From: an uncultured Clostridia bacterium | GTDB taxonomy: Bacteria; Bacillota; Clostridia; TANB77; CAG-508 | DNA length: 41,223 nucleotides | NCBI GenBank assembly: GCA_944388725.1 | Contig: CALXJW010000001.1 | Location: forward strand, 1 to 41,223 | Direction of reading: 5' to 3' | Part shown: in pieces, positions 7,735 through 15,108 of the stretch | Position numbering within the stretch: position 1 is the stretch's first letter | Layout of the letters: the number at the start of each line of letters is the position of its first letter | Notes under the pieces: generated by a model | Seen by the model: only the letters and a program-made list of their open reading frames with translations | Database searches by the model: none | What the model was told of the DNA's origin: nothing | Made by a program: the position numbers and the translations under genes

Positions 7735-10071
7735 ATGGGAAATATAGTTTTATTAGATGATTTAACAATAAATAAAATAGCAGCAGGAGAAGTAATAGAA
7801 AGACCAGCATCAGTAATAAAAGAAATGGTTGAAAATTCAATTGATGCAGGAGCAACGAATATAACTATAGAGATAAAAAATGGTGGAATTTCTTATATAA
7901 GAGTAACTGATAATGGAAAAGGAATTCCAGAGGATGATTTAGAAATAGCTTTTGAAAGACATGCAACAAGTAAAATAAGATCAGCAGATGACCTAGATAC
8001 AGTAACATCAATGGGATTTAGAGGAGAAGCTTTAGCAAGTATAGCAGCAATAGCGAATGTCGAAATGATATCAAAAACAGCAAATCAAGAAAATGGATAT
8101 AAAGTTGTTGTCGAAGGAGGAAATGTTTTAGAAAAAACTGTAACAGGGGCTCCAATAGGAACAACAATAACAGTAACAAACTTGTTTTTTAATACACCAG
8201 TAAGATATAAATTCTTAAAAAAAGATTATACAGAAGCAGGGTATATAGAAGATGTTGTGACAAGAATTGCCTTAGTGCATCCTGAGATAGCTATAAAATT
8301 GATAAATACAGGAAAAACAATAATCCAAACAAATGGAAATGGAGACTTAAAAACAGTAGTATACAGTATATATGGAAAAGATATATCCAATGGGGTAATT
8401 GATTTAGATTACACTTATGAAGATATACATATTTATGGGGTGATAGGAAAACCAGAAATTGCACGTTCAAATAGAGCAAATCAAATATTTTTTGTTAATA
8501 AAAGATATATAAAAGATAAATCATTATCATCAGCTGCAGAAAGAGCATATAAAGGTATGATACCAATTGGAAAATTTAGCTTTTTGGTACTAAATGTTGA
8601 TATGAATCCTAAAAAGGTAGATGTAAATGTGCATCCTGCTAAATTAGAAGTGAGATTTGAAGAAGAAAATGTTGTTTTTAAAGCAGTATATCATGCAATA
8701 AAAGATACATTATTAAAATCAGAGTTGGTAGCAGACACTGACCATACTTCTTGTGAAAAAAGAAGTGAAAGCGGATTATTTGGCAATAATGAAACTAGAA
8801 TTTCAGAAGAAACAATAGTAGAACAAATATATAAACAAAGACAATTGAATAAAATGCCTAAAGTAGAAAGAAATATAGTCGAAAAAAATAATTTGCAAAT
8901 ACCAGAAATGCCAAATGCAGAAAAAATTGTTTCTACTACTCAAGATATGATAAAATTGGAAGATATTGAAAAAAATCCTGAACTAGCCAAAAGTGCAGAA
9001 GTACTTAAAAAATTACAGGAAATAAAAGAAAAATTAATACAAGAATCACCGGGATTACAAGCTAAACTTGAAGAAGACAAAAAAACAAAAGAAGAAAAAA
9101 TAAACGAAAATAATTACCAAATTGATGATACAAATATAGTAGAATCAGTAGCTGAAAACAAAAGCGAATATCAATTAGATGATAAAAAAATAATGAGTGA
9201 AAACAAAGAAGAAACTAATAATTTAGAAGAAGAAATTCCTGTTGCTGTAAAACAAATGCAAGAAAAATCTGAACAAGAAGAAAATGTAGAAATAGAAAAA
9301 AATGTACAACAAAAAGAAACTCAAAAACAAGAAAATACAAGTGAATATACTAAAGAATTTGAAGAAATGTATTTAAAGCTTTTTGGGACAAAACCTGTAA
9401 AAGAAGAACAAAGACAAGAAGTAAAAGAAGATGTAGATGATATAGCAACATTAGGTAATTTGTCTGTATTTGACAATATAGAAGAATATAAAAAGCCTAT
9501 ATACAAATTTATAGGAATAGTATTTAAAACATATATAATTATAGAAATAGATAATGAAATGTATATAATAGATCAACATGCAGCACATGAAAGAATTTTA
9601 TACGAAAAAGTAAAACAGAATTATTATAATGATGATACAAAAGATTCTCAATTATTACTATTACCAGATATAATTACATTAACACATAAAGAGATGGAAA
9701 TAGCAAAAGATAATATGCAAATGTTTAGAAAAGCAGGATTTATGTTAGAAGAATTTGGGGAAAACACTATAAAATTAACGGGGGTTCCAGAAATGTGTTT
9801 GAATTTGGAAACAAAGGAAATGTTTTTAGAAACCTTGGATGAAATTAATTCAGTTGCAAGAACAGCTAAACAAGAGGTTGAAGAAAAATTTATTGCAACT
9901 ATAGCGTGTAAAGCAGCAGTAAAGGCAAATATGGCGCTAACAAAAGAAGAAGTAGATAGTTTAATGGACAAATTATTATCATTACCAAACCCATTTACAT
10001 GTCCACATGGAAGACCAACCGCAATAAAGATGTCAAAATATGATATAGAAAGAAAATTTGCAAGAAAATAA
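7735..10071 (+). CDS. mutL: DNA mismatch repair endonuclease MutL, with an unusually long acidic/basic linker
   Basis: The N-terminal GHKL ATPase region has IAAGEVIERPASVIKEMVENSIDAGA and GFRGEALASI. The C-terminal endonuclease motif is DQHAAHERILYE, and the zinc motif is CPHGRP. The ATG at 7735 follows GGAGGA. The ATG at 7723 is an in-frame alternative. Confidence 0.92.
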   Translation: MGNIVLLDDLTINKIAAGEVIERPASVIKEMVENSIDAGATNITIEIKNGGISYIRVTDNGKGIPEDDLEIAFERHATSKIRSADDLDTVTSMGFRGEALASIAAIANVEMISKTANQENGYKVVVEGGNVLEKTVTGAPIGTTITVTNLFFNTPVRYKFLKKDYTEAGYIEDVVTRIALVHPEIAIKLINTGKTIIQTNGNGDLKTVVYSIYGKDISNGVIDLDYTYEDIHIYGVIGKPEIARSNRANQIFFVNKRYIKDKSLSSAAERAYKGMIPIGKFSFLVLNVDMNPKKVDVNVHPAKLEVRFEEENVVFKAVYHAIKDTLLKSELVADTDHTSCEKRSESGLFGNNETRISEETIVEQIYKQRQLNKMPKVERNIVEKNNLQIPEMPNAEKIVSTTQDMIKLEDIEKNPELAKSAEVLKKLQEIKEKLIQESPGLQAKLEEDKKTKEEKINENNYQIDDTNIVESVAENKSEYQLDDKKIMSENKEETNNLEEEIPVAVKQMQEKSEQEENVEIEKNVQQKETQKQENTSEYTKEFEEMYLKLFGTKPVKEEQRQEVKEDVDDIATLGNLSVFDNIEEYKKPIYKFIGIVFKTYIIIEIDNEMYIIDQHAAHERILYEKVKQNYYNDDTKDSQLLLLPDIITLTHKEMEIAKDNMQMFRKAGFMLEEFGENTIKLTGVPEMCLNLETKEMFLETLDEINSVARTAKQEVEEKFIATIACKAAVKANMALTKEEVDSLMDKLLSLPNPFTCPHGRPTAIKMSKYDIERKFARK

Positions 10072-10087
10072 AAAAGAGGTGTAAAAA

Positions 10088-10516
10088 ATGACATCATTTA
10101 TAATGATTATTGTAATAGCACTATTTATAGTTCAAATTAGTTTTACAATATATAGAGCAGAAGCTTATGAAAGAATAGAAAAAGTCGTAATCTGTGTAGC
10201 AGGAACATTAATTAGTTGGCTAATAACTATTATATTATTTAATTTATCTTCAAAAGGGATTGAATATAGCAATTTAGAATTTAAACATCAAGTGAGTAAA
10301 ATATTAGTATTAGTATTTACACCTATAAATGGAATAATATATATGCCATATATTGTTAAACTAATGAGCAAATATAAATTTAATGAAATTAAAAATGATG
10401 AATTAATAAAGAAAATATTACTTTTAATAATAATAACAATAATATTATTTATTATAGAAGTAATATATTTAAAAAATATACAATTAGGAATAATTAACGT
10501 AGCAAATAAAATGTAA
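10088..10516 (+). CDS. Hypothetical integral membrane protein (about 4 TM segments)
   Basis: The 142-aa product has four hydrophobic stretches and an SD (AGAGGTG) upstream. I recognise no family motif. Confidence 0.5.
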   Translation: MTSFIMIIVIALFIVQISFTIYRAEAYERIEKVVICVAGTLISWLITIILFNLSSKGIEYSNLEFKHQVSKILVLVFTPINGIIYMPYIVKLMSKYKFNEIKNDELIKKILLLIIITIILFIIEVIYLKNIQLGIINVANKM

Positions 10517-10527
10517 GGAAGATGAAA

Positions 10528-11454
10528 ATGAATAAGCCAAAAGTAATTGTAATTTGTGGGCCAACAGCCTCAGGAAAAACAGCATTGTCAATTGAATTAG
10601 CTAAAAAGATTGATGGAGAAATAATTTCAGGTGATTCAATGCAAATATATAAAGATATGAATATTGGAACAGCTAAACCAAATATAGAAGAGATGCAAGG
10701 AATAAAACATTATTTAATTGATTTTGTGGATCCAGATAAAAGGTATAGTGTAGCAGATTTTAAAAGAGATGCGGAAAAAGCTATAAAAGAAATATTGAAT
10801 AAAGGAAAAATTCCAATTGTGGTTGGAGGAACAGGTTTATATATTGATAGCTTAATATATGGAATAGAATATCAAGATATTAAGTTTGATGAACAATATA
10901 GAAAAGAACTAGAAGAAATTGCAATTCAAGATGGTGGATTAGAAAAATTATATAATAAGGCAAAAGAAATAGATAGTGTAGCTATAGAAAAAATAAGTCC
11001 TAATGATAAGAAAAGAATACTTAGGGTTTTAGAAATATATAAAGCTACAGGGAAAACAAAAACAGAACAAGAAGAGGAATCAAGAAAAAATGGAATAAAA
11101 TATGATTATAGAGTTTTTGCAATTAATATAGAAAGAGAAAAATTGTATGAAAGAATAAATAAAAGAGTTGATATAATGGTACAACAAGGACTGATAGAAG
11201 AAGTAAAGAAATTATTACAAAAATACAATGAATTTCCTACAGCTATGCAAGGACTTGGATATAAAGAAGTTGTAGAATATTTGGAAGACAAGTGTACAAA
11301 AGAAGAAATGATTGAAAAAATAAAAATGGAAACAAGAAGGTACGCTAAAAGACAAATAACATGGTTTAAAAAGAACAAACAAACTATATGGATAGATGGA
11401 CTTAAAGATAAACAAGATAATATACAAATTATTTTGGAGGAAATGAAAAATTGA
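10528..11454 (+). CDS. miaA: tRNA dimethylallyltransferase
   Basis: P-loop GPTASGKTALS, plus DSMQIYKDMNIGTAKP and VGGTGLY. The second ATG (10528) has better SD spacing than the ATG at 10522. Confidence 0.9.
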   Translation: MNKPKVIVICGPTASGKTALSIELAKKIDGEIISGDSMQIYKDMNIGTAKPNIEEMQGIKHYLIDFVDPDKRYSVADFKRDAEKAIKEILNKGKIPIVVGGTGLYIDSLIYGIEYQDIKFDEQYRKELEEIAIQDGGLEKLYNKAKEIDSVAIEKISPNDKKRILRVLEIYKATGKTKTEQEEESRKNGIKYDYRVFAINIEREKLYERINKRVDIMVQQGLIEEVKKLLQKYNEFPTAMQGLGYKEVVEYLEDKCTKEEMIEKIKMETRRYAKRQITWFKKNKQTIWIDGLKDKQDNIQIILEEMKN

Positions 11455-12656
11455 AAAAGAAAAAAAGAATTACGGCAATTATATTTATAATTCCAATTAT
11501 TGCATATATATGTTATGCAATTTGTTTATTAATATCACACCCAACAGAAACATATATCATCAAAGAAGGAAATTTATCTCAAGAAGAAACACAAGTAGGG
11601 TATGTGATAAGAAATGAGATTGTAACAAAGGGGGATAATGAAGGAAATGGAATATATGCAATTGCTTCAGAAGGAGAAAAGGTTGCATGTAATGACCCTA
11701 TTTTTAGATATTATAGTAGCACAGAAAAGGATATATCAAAAGAGATAAATGAAATTGATTATCAAATTCAAGAACTATTAGAAAAAGAGAAAAATATAAC
11801 ATCAGCAGATATAAAATCCATAGAGAATCAAATAGAAAATGAAATAGCTAATATAAACAAATTGTCCAATTATCAGGAAATATCCGAATGCAAAAAAAAT
11901 ATAGATACATTAATTAGTAAGAAAATTAATTTTATAAAGGATGCAACAGAAAATGTTGAAATAAAAAAATTAATTGAACAAAGGAATGAATATGAAAATC
12001 AATTAAAAAATGTTTCCGAATATATTACAGCTCCAATAAGTGGGATTGTATCATATAGAGTAGATGGATTGGAAGAAAAATTAACAGTTAATAATTTTGC
12101 TGAAATAACAGAACAATATTTAGAGGATTTAGATTTAAAAACTGAACAAGTAATTGCAACGAGTAATGAAAGTGGAAAAGTTATAGATAATTTTAAATGT
12201 TATATAGCGATAACAATGGATTCAAAGCAAGCGATGAATGCACAAATTGGAGAAAAAGTAAAATTAAGAGTTTTTGATAAACAAGAGATTGATGCAACAA
12301 TAAAGCAAATAAACGAAGAATATGATAAAAGGACAATAATATTTGAAACTAATCAAATGACAGATGACTTAATAAATCATAGAAAAATAGAAGTGAATGT
12401 TATATGGTGGAGTGCAAGTGGACTAAAAATTCCAAATCAAGCTTTAATAGAAGAAAATGGATTATATTATGTGATAAGAAATAAATCAGGGACTCAAAGC
12501 AAAATATTAGTGAAAATAAAAGCACAAACAGATAAATTTTCGATTATAACAACATATTCTACAGAAGAATTACAGAAAATTGGATATGATGAAGAAGATA
12601 TAAAAAAATATAAAAAAATAAATAATTACGATGAGATAATGATTAAAAACAAATAA
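11451..12656 (+). CDS. HlyD-like membrane-fusion / periplasmic-adaptor family protein, membrane anchored
   Basis: The protein has an N-terminal KKKKR plus TM anchor, a long coiled-coil and the barrel-sandwich signature ITAPISGIVSYRVDG. The TTG start overlaps the miaA stop by 4 nt, with GGAGGA 9 nt upstream. Confidence 0.55.
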   Translation: MKKKKRITAIIFIIPIIAYICYAICLLISHPTETYIIKEGNLSQEETQVGYVIRNEIVTKGDNEGNGIYAIASEGEKVACNDPIFRYYSSTEKDISKEINEIDYQIQELLEKEKNITSADIKSIENQIENEIANINKLSNYQEISECKKNIDTLISKKINFIKDATENVEIKKLIEQRNEYENQLKNVSEYITAPISGIVSYRVDGLEEKLTVNNFAEITEQYLEDLDLKTEQVIATSNESGKVIDNFKCYIAITMDSKQAMNAQIGEKVKLRVFDKQEIDATIKQINEEYDKRTIIFETNQMTDDLINHRKIEVNVIWWSASGLKIPNQALIEENGLYYVIRNKSGTQSKILVKIKAQTDKFSIITTYSTEELQKIGYDEEDIKKYKKINNYDEIMIKNK

Positions 12657-12711
12657 AATATTACAAAAACGTTACAGAAATATTAAGTTTTTATTACAAT
12701 ACAAAAAAGTA

Positions 12712-12740
12712 TTGACAAAAATGGAAAAAAGTTAGATACT
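12712..12740 (+). promoter_or_regulatory. Candidate sigma-A promoter for sepF-divIVA
   Basis: TTGACA (12712-12717), a 17-nt spacer, then GATACT (12735-12740). A TACTAT alternative lies 2 nt further on. The promoter is about 50 nt upstream of the sepF ATG. Confidence 0.5.
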
Positions 12741-12791
12741 ATATGCGAAGTTTAGAAAATACAAATGTGTAAAATATTAGGAGGGTAAAAA

Positions 12792-13271
12792 ATGGCAGGA
12801 GCTATAATGGACAAAGTATGGGGCTTATTTGGAGTAGACCAAAATGAAGCAGATGAACAAGAATATGAAGACATCTATGAATATGATGAAAGAGAGGATA
12901 ATGAAAACGAAGAAGAAGATAGAAAATTTTTCGGAAAAAAAGGTAAAGTAATACCAATGACACAAAATCAATCTGTCAAAATGGTAATATCTCAACCTAC
13001 TACATTTGAACAATCTGAAGAAATATGTAGTTTATTAAAAGAAAAAAAATCAGTAATAGTAAATTTAGAATATGTAAATAAAGATGTGGCTAGAAGAATT
13101 GTTGATTTTATTAGTGGTGGAGTTTATGCGTTAGATGGACATATTCAAAAAATATCTAATTCAATATTTTTAATCGCACCAACAAATTATGAAATAACAA
13201 ATGAAATGGCAAGAGAAGAAATAAAAAGTAAATTATCTGTTTCATGGTTAAAAAATAACAATATAAATTAA
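12792..13271 (+). CDS. sepF: Cell division protein SepF
   Basis: An acidic N-terminal region precedes the conserved core PTTFEQSEEICSLLKEKKSVIVNLEYVNKDVARRIVDFISGGVYALDGHIQKISNSIFLIAP. A strong SD (AGGAGGG) precedes the start. Confidence 0.85.
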   Translation: MAGAIMDKVWGLFGVDQNEADEQEYEDIYEYDEREDNENEEEDRKFFGKKGKVIPMTQNQSVKMVISQPTTFEQSEEICSLLKEKKSVIVNLEYVNKDVARRIVDFISGGVYALDGHIQKISNSIFLIAPTNYEITNEMAREEIKSKLSVSWLKNNNIN

Positions 13272-13300
13272 TCGCTTTAAAAGAACGGAGGCAATCCAAT

Positions 13301-13789
13301 ATGATTACACCATTAGATATAGAAAATAAAAAATTTAGCAAACAAATGATGAATGGATATAATGTAGAAGAAGTTGATGAATTTTTAGATGAATTAACAG
13401 AGGATTATGGAAAAAATTATAAAGAATTAGCAACAATGAATGCAAAAATAGAGGAATTAACAAATAGTTTGGATCATTATAAAAATATAGAAACAACGTT
13501 ACAAAACACATTAGTAATGGCTCAAACAACAGCCGAAGAAGTGAAAAATGTTGCAAAACAACAATCTGAACAAATTATAAATGAAGCTAAAAAACAAGCA
13601 GATGAAATTGTTAGAGAAGCAAAAACAAATGTCCAAAAAACTTTAGAAGATATAAATGAAGAAATAAAGATTAAAGAAAAAGCTTTGATTGATTTAAAGA
13701 AACAGTTTGATATTTATAAAGTGAAAATGGAATCATTGTTAATATCTCAATTAGAATTACTAAAAGAAGTAAATAAAGATGAAGAGTAA
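13301..13789 (+). CDS. divIVA: Cell division / septum-site protein DivIVA
   Basis: The N-terminal lipid-binding domain is MITPLDIENKKFSKQMMNGYNVEEVDEFLD, followed by a coiled coil. Confidence 0.85.
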   Translation: MITPLDIENKKFSKQMMNGYNVEEVDEFLDELTEDYGKNYKELATMNAKIEELTNSLDHYKNIETTLQNTLVMAQTTAEEVKNVAKQQSEQIINEAKKQADEIVREAKTNVQKTLEDINEEIKIKEKALIDLKKQFDIYKVKMESLLISQLELLKEVNKDEE

Positions 13790-13801
13790 ACAAAAGCTAG
13801 A

Positions 13802-13831
13802 CTATCTATGTGAAAAGCATAGATAGTTTTT
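13802..13831 (+). terminator. Rho-independent terminator after divIVA
   Basis: CTATCTATG (13802-13810) pairs perfectly with CATAGATAG (13818-13826) across a 7-nt loop, followed by TTTTT. Confidence 0.75.
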
Positions 13832-13903
13832 GATTTTTAAATATTACAAATATTACAAAAATTACAAAAATATTAAATGTATATTACAATTTTGCTAATA
13901 CTA

Positions 13904-13931
13904 TTGACTTTATAAAAAAAAAGAATAAAAT
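13904..13931 (+). promoter_or_regulatory. Candidate sigma-A promoter for rsmD
   Basis: TTGACT (13904-13909), a 16-nt spacer, then TAAAAT (13926-13931). Confidence 0.4.
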
Positions 13932-13956
13932 ATTAGTATAGAAAGAAAGGTTGGAT

Positions 13957-14502
13957 ATGAGAATAATAGCTGGAACTGCAAGAGGAACAAAATTATACAC
14001 ATTACCAGGACTAGAAACAAGACCAACACTAGATAGAGTAAAAGAATCAATTTTTAATATAATACAAAATCATATAAAAGATTCTTGTGTTTTAGATTTG
14101 TTTGCTGGTAGTGGTGCTATAGGATTAGAAATGATAAGTAGAGGAGCTAAAAAGGCCGTATTATGCGACAAATCAATTGACGCAATTAAGATTATACAAA
14201 AAAATGTGACTAAAACACATATGGAAAAAAAAGTGGAAATATATAATACGGATTTTAAAGCATGTATTGAAAAAGTAAAGGAACAGAAGTTTGATTTGAT
14301 ATACATAGATCCACCTTATGCTACAGATTATATAGGACAATCTTTGAGATTGATAAAAGATTTTAAAATTTTGAATACTGAAGGTATTATAATTTTAGAA
14401 ACAGATGATGAAAGTAGAATATTAAAAGAAATTAAAAATATAGATGTTGAAATAAAAGATAAAAGAAAATATGGAAGAGCATCAATAATATTTTTAAAAT
14501 AA
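13957..14502 (+). CDS. rsmD: 16S rRNA (guanine966-N2)-methyltransferase
   Basis: Motifs IIAGTARGTKL, TRPTLDRVKESIFN, the SAM motif LDLFAGSGAIGLE and the catalytic IDPPY are present. The ATG at 13957 has AAAGG upstream. The track's TTG at 13951 is an alternative. Confidence 0.85.
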   Translation: MRIIAGTARGTKLYTLPGLETRPTLDRVKESIFNIIQNHIKDSCVLDLFAGSGAIGLEMISRGAKKAVLCDKSIDAIKIIQKNVTKTHMEKKVEIYNTDFKACIEKVKEQKFDLIYIDPPYATDYIGQSLRLIKDFKILNTEGIIILETDDESRILKEIKNIDVEIKDKRKYGRASIIFLK

Positions 14503-14525
14503 CAACCTAAAGAAAGGGGAAAAAA

Positions 14526-15029
14526 ATGGAAATCTTTACACTATTAGAAACATTAGAAGATATATTAGAAAATAGCAAAAAAATACCATTTTCAAATAAA
14601 GGGATGGTAGACAAAGAAGAAATGTTAGAAATTATAAAAGAAATAAGAATAAAATTACCAGATGAATTAAAACAGGCAAAATGGGTAAAAGAGGAAAGAC
14701 AAAGAATATTAGTTGAGGCTCAAAAAGAAGCTGATGGAATTGTTAAAGAAGCTGAAAATAGAATAATTGCTATGATTGATGAACATGAAATAACAAGAAA
14801 AGCATATGAACAAAAAGCAGAAATTATTGAAACAGCAAATGAAATGTCAAGAGAAATATCACAAGGAACAAAAGAGTATGCAAATAATTTGTTAGATTCA
14901 ACAGAAAAAGTTTTATCAGATACTTTAGAAAAATTAGAAAAGAATATTGGAGAAGCTATCAACCTAATGGAAATGTCATTAGAAGACACAATTAAAACAA
15001 TACAAAACAGTAAAAAAGAACTTCAATAA
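14526..15029 (+). CDS. Hypothetical coiled-coil protein (similar proteins are often annotated ATPase or ATP-synthase-b/H-like)
   Basis: The 167-aa product is E/K-rich and helical (…KWVKEERQRILVEAQKEADGIVKEAENRI…). An SD (AGGGGA) precedes the start. No catalytic motif is visible. Confidence 0.5.
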   Translation: MEIFTLLETLEDILENSKKIPFSNKGMVDKEEMLEIIKEIRIKLPDELKQAKWVKEERQRILVEAQKEADGIVKEAENRIIAMIDEHEITRKAYEQKAEIIETANEMSREISQGTKEYANNLLDSTEKVLSDTLEKLEKNIGEAINLMEMSLEDTIKTIQNSKKELQ

Positions 15030-15034
15030 AATAT

Positions 15035-15066
15035 AAAGAGGTATAGCAAAATTACCTCTTTTTTTA
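15035..15066 (+). terminator. Rho-independent terminator
   Basis: AAAGAGGTA (15035-15043) pairs with TACCTCTTT (15053-15061) and is followed by a T-run. Confidence 0.8.
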
Positions 15067-15108
15067 GCAATATTTGAAATAAATATATATTAAGAAAGGA
15101 AGTAGAAA

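Noticed and set aside
8056-8116. Two TGTCGAA (Spo0A-box) heptamers inside mutL
   Set aside because: Their intragenic location and the expected chance frequency of this heptamer at this composition make regulatory significance unlikely.
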